Assembly (NCBI GenBank): GCA_046497485.1
Contig: JAWOFP010000019.1
Span: 1-15,108, forward strand
DNA length: 15,108 nucleotides
Origin: Candidatus Nanohaloarchaea archaeon
GTDB lineage: Archaea > Nanohalarchaeota > Nanosalinia > Nanosalinales > Nanosalinaceae
Direction of reading: 5' to 3'
Positions 1 to 7,239 of this stretch are shown here, piece after piece. A program made the position numbers and the translations under genes. How positions within the stretch are numbered: position 1 is the stretch's first letter; every line of letters begins with the position of its first letter. The notes under the pieces are model-generated. The model had not been told where the DNA came from. It made no database searches and was given only the letters and a program-made list of their open reading frames with translations.

Positions 1-23
1 AAAGGGTTAGGAAATGAGAATAT

Positions 24-302
24 TTAGTTTTCCTGTTCTTCATCGACCTGGCTGGTCTGGAAGTCCTTAATTATGATTATATCGTCAATGGACTGAACCA
101 TTCTGTAAGGAATCACAACATTTTTGCTTCCTCCGACCTTCTGTGCGAGGTATGATCCTTTTTCTGCACCTACTACTACTGCTCTAACGGCGAACTTTCC
201 AAGGTTTAGCTCTATATCTTTGACTGTGCCACAGTAAGAACCTTTGTTTGTGAACACGTCCTTCCCTGTTACGTCTGAAAAGTCGAGGATGTTTTGAGAC
301 AT
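24..302 (-). CDS. PRC-barrel domain protein, CdpB-like (archaeal FtsZ/SepF-associated cell division family)
   Basis: 92 aa with the PRC-barrel pattern 'GKDVFTNKGSYCGTVKDIELNL...VVIPYRMVQSIDDIIII', resembling haloarchaeal stand-alone PRC-barrel (CdpB) proteins from memory. Confidence 0.8.
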   Translation of the reverse strand: MSQNILDFSDVTGKDVFTNKGSYCGTVKDIELNLGKFAVRAVVVGAEKGSYLAQKVGGSKNVVIPYRMVQSIDDIIIIKDFQTSQVDEEQEN

Positions 303-412
303 TATTTTACCACTCTATAAGGTAAAAAGGCCTCTAGAAACTTAAATACCTTATCCGAATTTGGTATCCTGCGACGGGTTTAAACCGATGTATTCATAAA
401 TAATATTCAGAG

Positions 413-775
413 ATGGTAGAAGGAGACGCCACGGCAACACTCGTATCTCTCATAACTTTAGCAGGCGCAACAGTCTTCGGATACTTCAACTCTCTCTTCG
501 AACCATTCACATTAGTGATGCTGACATATGGGATTGTAACTCTTCTAGGAGGCCTGATACACCAGTTGAACGGCGACTGGGGCATAGTAAATATTGTGAT
601 CGCGACATTCGGGGTTTTACTTATGTTTATTTGGATGATGATTGATATGATGGCATCAATGCAGATGCTTTCGACATCTCTTGAGACTTTCCTTAGAAGC
701 TTCTGGTACGGATTTTCAGGGATAATGATTCTAGGCCTGTCATACATAATTATGAAGTTCCAGATCGGGATTTGA
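413..775 (+). CDS. hypothetical integral membrane protein (about 4 TM segments)
   Basis: 120 aa, almost entirely hydrophobic segments. A TATA-like TTTAAA lies at about 379-384, about 30 nt upstream of the ATG. Confidence 0.7.
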   Translation: MVEGDATATLVSLITLAGATVFGYFNSLFEPFTLVMLTYGIVTLLGGLIHQLNGDWGIVNIVIATFGVLLMFIWMMIDMMASMQMLSTSLETFLRSFWYGFSGIMILGLSYIIMKFQIGI

Positions 776-818
776 AAAGATGTATTTTAAACAGTTTACG
801 CACAAATCTTCAATATAA

Positions 819-906
819 GTCGAGGTGGCAGAGTGGCTTAATGCGGTGGCTTGCTAAGCCATTGAGCCTTCAACGGCTCGCCCGGGTTCGAATCCCGGCC
901 TCGGCG
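819..906 (+). tRNA. tRNA-Ser(GCT), no intron, CCA not encoded
   Basis: Acceptor stem GTCGAGG/CCTCGGC, D-arm GCAGAGTGGCTTAATGC, anticodon stem GTGGC/GCCAT with loop TTGCTAA (GCT at 853-855), long variable arm GAGCC-TTCAAC-GGCTC, T-arm CCGGG-TTCGAAT-CCCGG, discriminator G906. TATA-like TTTTAAA at 785-791. Confidence 0.97.
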
Positions 907-944
907 CTTACCAATTTAAACTGCTGTTTCTAAATGTTAGGTAT

Positions 945-1367
945 ATGCCGATAACTGCGAGAGAGCTCATGGATAAGCCTGACTTCATTAATGTTGATGC
1001 CTCTGTAGAAGAGGTTGAGAAAGAGCTTTCAACTATTGAGAATACGTTAATTGTAAGGAAGGATGGTGAGGCTGTCGGCGAGATCCATGAAAGTTCTCTT
1101 TTGAAAGCATTTATTCCGGAAGATGAACTTGATGAAAACTCTGTTGTAGGGTTTCTAGGATTTTCTTTTGATCAAAGCTATGTCCCTGAGATAGCGGAAG
1201 ACTTGATGAACAAACATGATGTTTCTGTGACTCCGGATGAGGAGCTGGGTGATATCGCACTTGTAATGTTTAGGGAAGATGTCAGAGCAGTTCCAGTAAA
1301 GGAAGATGGAGAGGTTATCGGAGTGATACATGAAAATAAGGTTGTTGAAAAGGGAGAGGTGACATAA
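945..1367 (+). CDS. CBS domain pair protein
   Basis: Two CBS repeats: 'TARELM...INVDASVEEV...LIVRKDGEAVGEIHESSLL' and 'AEDLMNK...VTPDEELGDIALVMFREDVRAVPVKEDGEVIGVIHENKV'. Confidence 0.9.
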   Translation: MPITARELMDKPDFINVDASVEEVEKELSTIENTLIVRKDGEAVGEIHESSLLKAFIPEDELDENSVVGFLGFSFDQSYVPEIAEDLMNKHDVSVTPDEELGDIALVMFREDVRAVPVKEDGEVIGVIHENKVVEKGEVT

Positions 1368-1368
1368 T

Positions 1369-2532
1369 TTGGCCGCAGGTTTAGCAGCCCAGACAATGTT
1401 TGAGTTAGGCCTATTGCTGTTTCTATCAGTTGTAGTTGGAGAATTATTTGAGAGGTTTGGAATCGAATCGATGATCGGCTACATTACTACAGGCCTGGTT
1501 TTAGGCCCTTCAGTTCTTGGGATGATAGAGCCTGAATCTGTTAGAGGCTTTGCAACGATTGGAGCATCTCTAGTTCTTTTTCAGGCAGGTTTAAGAGAAG
1601 ACAACGTTGTAAATATTTTCAGACATCGACAGGGCATCCAGATGGGGTTAGGAATACTTGCAGGATCTTTTGCAGTAATTTTATCGGCACTAGTACTTTT
1701 TGGCGATAGTTTCTTGCCTTACACAAGCCTACAGGCCTTTGTTTTCATAGCACTAGGATATGCTTTAGTTGATATAGCTGTTCCATCAAAAATTATGCTT
1801 TCCAAAGGCGTTTTAAGAGATCCTACAGGCAAGTATGCGATTAAGTCCTCTGTAATCAATGTTACAGTAGGGCTTTTACTTGTTACAGCTCTTGTAATCC
1901 TAAGTTCTGCATCTGAAAGTTTATTACTGAATATTGGAGGTATTCTCGGATTTGCTCTTGTCTTCTACTTCCTACATGAGTTCATTCACAAAATTGATGA
2001 CTATGTTATAATGTTTGAAGAATCTGAGGCTCAGTTTGCGTTGACTTTTGCGCTATTACTAGGATTAAGTTATGCTACAGAAATTATAGGCCTTTCAACA
2101 GTGCTAGGTGCTTTCTTTGCAGGGATAATAGTTTCCAGAAGCGATTTCTCAGAGTCAAGGGCTTTCCAAGAAAAGATCAATGCTATAGGCCTCGGATTGT
2201 TTATCCCGATATTCTTTGCGTGGTTCGGACTAGGCCTAAATATATCTGTGATTATAGCCAATATTGAAGCAGCAGCATTCCTTTTTGGGCTGTCAACAGT
2301 TTCAAAGCTTGCAGTAGGTTACGGCATCTCAAAGATGCATGACATGGATCATCCATTAACAATCTCGGCGTCTCTGTTGAGTCTTGATATTGAAACCTTG
2401 GTGGTGCTCTTGATTGCTATAGATCTCGGAGTGCTTAGCTCTGAAATGCTTCAAATTTTCGCTCCATCTGTACTGCTATCAACTGCAACTATTGTAACGC
2501 TTTATGCAATCATAGATAGAAGAGAAGCCTAA
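1369..2532 (+). CDS. cation:proton antiporter (CPA2 / Kef-NapA type membrane domain)
   Basis: 387 aa with about 12 TM segments and family motifs 'IGYITTGLVLGPSVLG', 'LVLFQAGL', 'GLSTVLGAFFAGII', 'FIPIFFAWFGL'. The TTG start is preceded by SD GAGGTGA (1356-1362) and lies 1 nt after the CBS stop. Confidence 0.9.
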   Translation: MAAGLAAQTMFELGLLLFLSVVVGELFERFGIESMIGYITTGLVLGPSVLGMIEPESVRGFATIGASLVLFQAGLREDNVVNIFRHRQGIQMGLGILAGSFAVILSALVLFGDSFLPYTSLQAFVFIALGYALVDIAVPSKIMLSKGVLRDPTGKYAIKSSVINVTVGLLLVTALVILSSASESLLLNIGGILGFALVFYFLHEFIHKIDDYVIMFEESEAQFALTFALLLGLSYATEIIGLSTVLGAFFAGIIVSRSDFSESRAFQEKINAIGLGLFIPIFFAWFGLGLNISVIIANIEAAAFLFGLSTVSKLAVGYGISKMHDMDHPLTISASLLSLDIETLVVLLIAIDLGVLSSEMLQIFAPSVLLSTATIVTLYAIIDRREA

Positions 2533-2562
2533 AATCATAACATCGGCGTTAGGAATTATATT

Positions 2563-3540
2563 ATGGAAGAAAGTAGACTTCAGTCAGAAATAGAAGAAGT
2601 TCTTGGAAAAGAGTTCGACTGGAGAGAGATTGAAAAAGGCCTTAACACTATTTATGAGATATCCTCAGACTTAGAAAGGCTTATCCTGAAAGTTCACACT
2701 AATGAGAAGATGGAGATAGAAAGATTCAATGCTGAGCCTGAAATATATGAACTGATAGATCAGCATACTGAGGTCCCGTCTCCTGAAATTATTTACAGCG
2801 ATTTCAGTGAAGATGAACTTCCAGCTTTCTATATAATGGAGAAAATTGAGGGGGAAAATGCTGCCGAAGTTATAGAAGTTCTTCCTGCTGAAAAGGCCGA
2901 GAAATTATTCTATCAGTATGGAAAATATTTGGGAGAACTACATGAAAGTACTTCGTTTGAAGAACATGGTCTGATTTTCAAAAATGGTAAATTAGGAACT
3001 GAGAAGGGATTTAATTACTGGGAGGATTCCTTTAGAGACTTGATAAAGGAAAATATAGAATTTGTTAAATGTGCGTGGGATAGGCCTCCAGAATTCAGTA
3101 TTGAGATTAAAAATTTGGTAAAATATCTGCCTAATGCTGAGCCTGTTATTCTTCATCATGACAACCGGCTTGAAAATCTGATTTTGCAGGACGATAAAAT
3201 TGAAGGGTTCCTTGACTGGAGTTTTACTCGCGCCGGTCACTCCGAGTATGACTTAGTTCTTGCAGAATACTTGTTGATTGACTGGGATCTATCATTCAGG
3301 AAAATTGGTAATACTGAAGATTTGAGAAAGAAGCTTTTCCAAGGGTACGCTGAAATCACAGGTTTTAATCGGGACGATGATTTTGAAATTAGGAGAAGAA
3401 TTTATCGCTATTCTATCGTTATTTGGCTTATGGCAGGCCTTCCTAACTGGGGCCCGGAGAACCCTGAGAGGTATAGAGAGTTAGAGAAAGATTTAGAGTC
3501 TCGATTGCTTGAAATTGAGGAAAAACTTTCAGACCTTTGA
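2563..3540 (+). CDS. aminoglycoside phosphotransferase / choline kinase-like phosphotransferase
   Basis: Brenner-type motif 'LHHDNRLENLIL', Mg-binding 'GFLDWS', hinge 'YIMEKIEG', and 'LGELH'. Confidence 0.88.
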   Translation: MEESRLQSEIEEVLGKEFDWREIEKGLNTIYEISSDLERLILKVHTNEKMEIERFNAEPEIYELIDQHTEVPSPEIIYSDFSEDELPAFYIMEKIEGENAAEVIEVLPAEKAEKLFYQYGKYLGELHESTSFEEHGLIFKNGKLGTEKGFNYWEDSFRDLIKENIEFVKCAWDRPPEFSIEIKNLVKYLPNAEPVILHHDNRLENLILQDDKIEGFLDWSFTRAGHSEYDLVLAEYLLIDWDLSFRKIGNTEDLRKKLFQGYAEITGFNRDDDFEIRRRIYRYSIVIWLMAGLPNWGPENPERYRELEKDLESRLLEIEEKLSDL

Positions 3541-3575
3541 AAACGCATAAATACAGGCCTTGGTCAATCTAAGTT

Positions 3576-4259
3576 ATGGAAGCCATCTTTCTGAGTTTAG
3601 GCTTTGCTTTTCTGATAGGCCTAGTTCACTTTTTCGGGGAGGAGCTAGATGAATATCTTAATTCTAAACACTTGCTTTTGGCTTCTTTTTCTGCAGGTCT
3701 TACTGTGTCCTATTTCTTCCTAGCGATGCTTCCAGAAATGTCTAAGGCCTCTGTAAATCTTGAGTATGAGTTTTTGTTTGCTTTAGCAGGTTTCTCATTT
3801 TTCTACATTGTTGAGGAGCTGATTTATCAACGAGAATCAAATCTTTCAGAGGTTAAGAAAGAATTCAAGGAGCTTCATTCCGCTTTCATTTTCTCATACC
3901 ATTTTGCTATCGGATTTCTGATTTACTTTCTGATGGAGCAGGGACAGAGTCAGGCCTTACTATTCTATATCCCTGTTCTGGTTCACACAGCTGTTAACTC
4001 ATTGGCGATTAAGGAGATGCATGAAGAGATGCTGGACAAGCTCTGGATTAAGCTTTCTGCGTCTTTTTCAGCAGTCTTAGGCGCCATCACAGCTTATTTG
4101 GTTGATCCTTCGCAGTTTGTTTCATACTCTGTCTTTGGATTTATAGGAGGAATGTTTCTCTACATAGTTGTACACGATGCATTAGATCCTAAGAGAGAAA
4201 GGCCTATAGGTTTCATAATTGGCGCAACGATTTTTTCAATCATTGTGTTCTTGTTATAA
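3576..4259 (+). CDS. membrane protein, probable ZIP-like divalent metal transporter
   Basis: 227 aa with about 8 TM segments. ZIP-like 'SFSAGLTVSYFFLAMLPE', intramembrane His residues (HSAF, YHFAIG, VHTAVNS) and 'GGMFLYIVVHD'. Confidence 0.6.
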   Translation: MEAIFLSLGFAFLIGLVHFFGEELDEYLNSKHLLLASFSAGLTVSYFFLAMLPEMSKASVNLEYEFLFALAGFSFFYIVEELIYQRESNLSEVKKEFKELHSAFIFSYHFAIGFLIYFLMEQGQSQALLFYIPVLVHTAVNSLAIKEMHEEMLDKLWIKLSASFSAVLGAITAYLVDPSQFVSYSVFGFIGGMFLYIVVHDALDPKRERPIGFIIGATIFSIIVFLL

Positions 4260-4291
4260 CCTTATTAACTGAGAAAGTAATACAAAGTATT

Positions 4292-5164
4292 ATGGCATTC
4301 CTCTGTATAGATATAGGCGGTACTAACACATTGATAGGCCTTGGAAATGGAGATTTTGAGGAGAAAAAGAGGATTAAATCCAGAGAGTTTTTGTCTGATA
4401 TAGATGGTTGTATTCAGGGAGTTGTCGATAATGCCGGTTATTCAAAAGAGAATATTAATCAGGTAGCAGTGGCTGCGGCAGGACCTATGAATAGAGAAAA
4501 GGGCGTATTTTATCCTCCAAATTTGTCTGAGGATTCCGAGCTTGATGAAGTACAGTTAAGAAAACCAATGGAGGCGTTTGGAGAATTACATATAATAAAT
4601 GATTGCACGGCTGCAGTTAAAGGAGAATATGAATATGGTGCCTCTGCGGAAAATATGGTTTACATTACTATAAGTTCGGGCATAGGCCTTGGAGCAATAT
4701 TCAATGGAGAGATAATAGAGGGTGCTGATGGAAATTTCGGGGAGATAGGCCATATGAAAGTAAACGGAGACCTAGAATGCGGGTGTGGAAGAAAAGGGCA
4801 CTGGGAGGCGTATTCATCAGGAAATAGGTTGCCTGTAATGGCTAAGAACCTTTTTGACTTGGAGTATGAGGGCGCTATTGATCTTTTCCAGGACTACAAC
4901 TCCGGAAGTTCTGAAGCTGCAAAAGTAATTGAAAAAATGCAGGAGGTAAATGCTGAGGCCTTTGCAAATGTGATTAGCCTCTATAATCCTGAAAAAATTG
5001 TGTTTGGAGGGCCTGTGGCGTTAAATCATACTGAGATAGTGATAGATGAGGTAAGAGAGGAGATAGAGAGGAAAGCAGTGAATGAGATGCCGGATATTGT
5101 TCCGGCAGAGCTCAGTGATCAGTCCGTCTTACATGGCTTGAGGGCTCACTGTAACAAGAATTAG
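4292..5164 (+). CDS. ROK family sugar kinase (glucokinase-like)
   Basis: ATP-binding 'DIGGT', 'INDCTAA', 'TISSGIG', 'GEIGH', and Zn motif 'CGCGRKGHWEAYSSG'. Confidence 0.93.
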   Translation: MAFLCIDIGGTNTLIGLGNGDFEEKKRIKSREFLSDIDGCIQGVVDNAGYSKENINQVAVAAAGPMNREKGVFYPPNLSEDSELDEVQLRKPMEAFGELHIINDCTAAVKGEYEYGASAENMVYITISSGIGLGAIFNGEIIEGADGNFGEIGHMKVNGDLECGCGRKGHWEAYSSGNRLPVMAKNLFDLEYEGAIDLFQDYNSGSSEAAKVIEKMQEVNAEAFANVISLYNPEKIVFGGPVALNHTEIVIDEVREEIERKAVNEMPDIVPAELSDQSVLHGLRAHCNKN

Positions 5165-5613
5165 CTTTCTTTAACGTCTGCTACGTCGCCTAAAGTTGCT
5201 TTTCGGTCGTCTCCGGATTCAACACTGTGATCTGAGACTTCAGGATTAACATAGAGGGTTACTTCAAGTTCCTTTGAAAGCTTCTTGGCAAGCGACTTCT
5301 CAGGCTTCAAGTCCTCTCTCTCAATCTTCTTGATCAATGAGGCCTTCTCGTTTAGTGAGTCTGCTAGCTCGTTGATACTTAATTTTCTATCTTCTCTGGC
5401 TTCCTTCACTCTAGTCCCGTAATCGTTGGCTAGGACTTGAGTGTCTTTAGGCCTGTAGGTCTTCTTTTTCTTAGCCTTCTTAGTCTTCTTTTTCGGTTGC
5501 TCAACTTTCTCGCCCATGTCGCTGCATGAGTCGCAGACTTTTAGGGTGGCGCCTTCTATCTTGGTTTTCTGTAGTTTGTCAGAATCTTTTCCGCATAACT
5601 GGCATGATGGCAT
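5161..5613 (-). CDS. mbf1: archaeal multiprotein bridging factor aMBF1 (Zn ribbon + Cro/C1-type HTH)
   Basis: 'CQLCG...IEGATLKVCDSC' Zn ribbon, HTH 'VKEAREDRKLSINELADSLNEKASLIKKIE', C-terminal 'TLGD' motif. Confidence 0.93.
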   Translation of the reverse strand: MPSCQLCGKDSDKLQKTKIEGATLKVCDSCSDMGEKVEQPKKKTKKAKKKKTYRPKDTQVLANDYGTRVKEAREDRKLSINELADSLNEKASLIKKIEREDLKPEKSLAKKLSKELEVTLYVNPEVSDHSVESGDDRKATLGDVADVKES

Positions 5614-5720
5614 CTAAAGTTTTCACATCAAAATAGAGTTTAGTTTACAGAATTTACTTTTTGTGTTCATCTGGCTCTCTATCCAGTTTATGCTTTCCGA
5701 ATTAATTTAAAACCTGTTTT

Positions 5721-6239
5721 CTATTTTCCTAACTTTCTCAGTATCAGCCCATAGCCTAGAGCTGAAACAGCTATTACCATGAATCCTGCTGAAAGGAAAA
5801 GGAAAGGATCAGTCAAACTTAATTCTAGGCCTGTCTCGGTCGCTGTTTCAGTGCTTTCCATCATCATTGTCCCTGCTCTGGAGGATGCAGAATCGTTACT
5901 GAAGGCTTCTCCCGCTACAGGGTATAGAAGGCCTACTCCTGCAGCCCCTGTGACAAGCGATGATGCTATGGAGAACTTGACTTTTTTCTCCCTGCCGTTT
6001 ACAATAGCTTCGGCTTTTCTAGTCGGGCTGTAAACCACTCTTTTTCGGCCTTCTTCCTCATCTCTTTCAAGTAGGCCTGATTCGACTAGAGTGTCCATGT
6101 GGGAGGATATTGTAGACTTGCTTTTACCGACTCTATCCGCTGTATTTGTAGGTGTAGCCTCGTTTTTCAGGGCGTGAGCTAGAATTTCTATTCTTGTAGG
6201 AGAAGAGAGAGCCTTTACGGTTTTGAAGTCCAAGTTCAT
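5721..6239 (-). CDS. ArsR-like winged-helix transcription regulator with two C-terminal hydrophobic (probable TM) segments
   Basis: 'KALSSPTRIEIL...TPTNTADRVGKSKSTISSHMDTLVESGLL...RKRVVYSPT', followed by hydrophobic 'IASSLVTGAAGVGLLYPVA' and 'FLFLSAGFMVIAVSALGYGLIL'. Confidence 0.85.
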   Translation of the reverse strand: MNLDFKTVKALSSPTRIEILAHALKNEATPTNTADRVGKSKSTISSHMDTLVESGLLERDEEEGRKRVVYSPTRKAEAIVNGREKKVKFSIASSLVTGAAGVGLLYPVAGEAFSNDSASSRAGTMMMESTETATETGLELSLTDPFLFLSAGFMVIAVSALGYGLILRKLGK

Positions 6240-6283
6240 ATACTATAATTAGATTCATGGAGCTTTTTGAACCTGTCTTTTTG

Positions 6284-6299
6284 TTCGATTATATTCGAA
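6284..6299. promoter_or_regulatory. inverted repeat TTCGA-N6-TCGAA, candidate transcription-factor operator
   Basis: TTCGATTATATTCGAA (14/16 self-complementary) in the divergent ArsR/histone intergenic region, about 45 nt upstream of the ArsR start. Confidence 0.45.
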
Positions 6300-6371
6300 T
6301 CAAAACCAATTTTTTCTTCAAAATTGGCTTGTTGAATCCTCACGGATTGTTTTAACGGGTTTAACACCCGT

Positions 6372-6410
6372 ACCTATAAAAAAGAGGCAAGACAACTGTT
6401 AATTGGTGAA
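6372..6410 (+). promoter_or_regulatory. TATA box and SD of histone gene 1
   Basis: ACCTATAAAAA at 6372-6382 and GGTGA at 6405-6409, 7 nt before ATG 6417. The layout matches histone gene 2. Confidence 0.75.
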
Positions 6411-6416
6411 TTATCT

Positions 6417-6584
6417 ATGGTAGACGTACTAAAGAAGTCAGGCGTTCGTGACGCAGTAAGCGAATCAAACGTCGGAGCAGACTTCTACGAAGCTCTTGAT
6501 GAGCAGGTAAAAGAACTCATCTCAAGAGCCGAAGAAAGAGCTCACGACAACGGACGCAAGACTCTGAAGTCAAGAGACGTATAA
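6417..6584 (+). CDS. small histone-fold protein (DUF1931-like / face-to-face alpha3-type archaeal histone), paralog 1, 55 aa; not in ORF track
   Basis: Manual translation MVDVLKKSGVRDAVSESNVGADFYEALDEQVKELISRAEERAHDNGRKTLKSRDV. It has the histone-fold L2 'RKT' plus 'RD' clamp and ends immediately after RD (truncated alpha3). Own TATA and SD. Confidence 0.92.
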   Translation: MVDVLKKSGVRDAVSESNVGADFYEALDEQVKELISRAEERAHDNGRKTLKSRDV

Positions 6585-6607
6585 ATTCAACTTTATTTTG
6601 CAAGGGG

Positions 6608-6660
6608 AGGGACAAGAGGCCTGTGAATGGTCTCTTAAATCCCTTGTCACTCTTTATTCT
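6608..6660 (+). terminator. stem-loop plus T-rich tail downstream of histone gene 1 (terminator or 3'-UTR structure)
   Basis: AAGAGGCC (6614-6621) / loop TGTGAAT / GGTCTCTT (6629-6636) with one G-U pair, extended by AGGGA (6608-6612) / TCCCT (6640-6644), followed by TCTTTATTCT. Confidence 0.45.
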
Positions 6661-6730
6661 ATTTAACTTAATATGTTTCTGATTGAAAAATGCATTCTTT
6701 TAGGCCTGAAACCTGTCTTACAAGGCTCTA

Positions 6731-6770
6731 ACCTATAAAAACCAGTTAACCTCATTACAAGATAAGGTGA
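6731..6770 (+). promoter_or_regulatory. TATA box and SD of histone gene 2
   Basis: ACCTATAAAAA at 6731-6741 and AGGTGA at 6765-6770, 7 nt before ATG 6778. Confidence 0.75.
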
Positions 6771-6777
6771 AAAAATA

Positions 6778-6945
6778 ATGGCAGATGTACTAAAGAAGTC
6801 AGGAGTTCGTGAAGAAGCAGGAGATATGAATGTAGGAGGTAACTTCTACGAGAGACTTGATGAAAGAGTCAAGGACATGATCTCCAGAGCCAAGGATAGA
6901 GCTCAGGACAATGGACGAAAGACAATCAAAGCAAGAGACGCATAA
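6778..6945 (+). CDS. small histone-fold protein (DUF1931-like / face-to-face type), paralog 2, 55 aa; not in ORF track
   Basis: Manual translation MADVLKKSGVREEAGDMNVGGNFYERLDERVKDMISRAKDRAQDNGRKTIKARDA. 36/55 identical to paralog 1 with no gaps, with the RKT..RD histone signature. Confidence 0.92.
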   Translation: MADVLKKSGVREEAGDMNVGGNFYERLDERVKDMISRAKDRAQDNGRKTIKARDA

Positions 6946-6974
6946 AGGCCTTTTCCAGGCCTAAAAATAGTTTT

Positions 6975-7196
6975 TTACAGTTCTTCCTTTCTTCTTTCTT
7001 TTTCGTCAAACTTTTCTTCTAATAAGTTCAGTGATTCTCTAAGCTCTTCTACTGCGTCCATGCTCTCAATCGGCAGTCTTCCTAGATCTCCGCCGTTGAC
7101 TTCAATATAGAATTTTCCTTCCTTCTGAATAACCTCATAATTCATTACTTTGTACGGCCCGTCCTCAAAGCTGTAGATGCTCTCCATAACTATCAA
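6975..7196 (-). CDS. small acidic hypothetical protein with C-terminal coiled-coil-like helix
   Basis: 73-aa ORF with host-like acidic composition, filling the gap between histone 2 and tdk. The true start may be the second ATG (MESIY). Confidence 0.7.
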   Translation of the reverse strand: MIVMESIYSFEDGPYKVMNYEVIQKEGKFYIEVNGGDLGRLPIESMDAVEELRESLNLLEEKFDEKERRKEEL

Positions 7197-7239
7197 TTAT
7201 GTAAGAAGGATTTTAACTCCTTTTATCTAAGAAAACTAT

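Noticed and set aside
819..945. tRNA-Ser as an integration site for an island
   Set aside because: No integrase and no duplicated tRNA 3' end were seen in the window. Downstream genes have host-like composition and AGGCCT density.
2563..3540. APH-family gene as an antibiotic-resistance determinant
   Set aside because: The fold is widespread among small-molecule kinases in halophilic archaea, and nothing here indicates aminoglycoside specificity or mobility.
5623..5670. 15-codon minus-strand uORF (MNTKSKFCKLNSILM) upstream of aMBF1
   Set aside because: Its length is expected by chance, and it has no SD or compositional support. It cannot be supported without Ribo-seq or conservation data.
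6601..6660. Post-histone hairpin as a homolog of the metazoan histone mRNA stem-loop or an archaeal SECIS
   Set aside because: The stem and loop sequence and size do not match the metazoan 6-bp/4-nt element, and no in-frame UGA selenoprotein is nearby. It is retained only as a generic structure.
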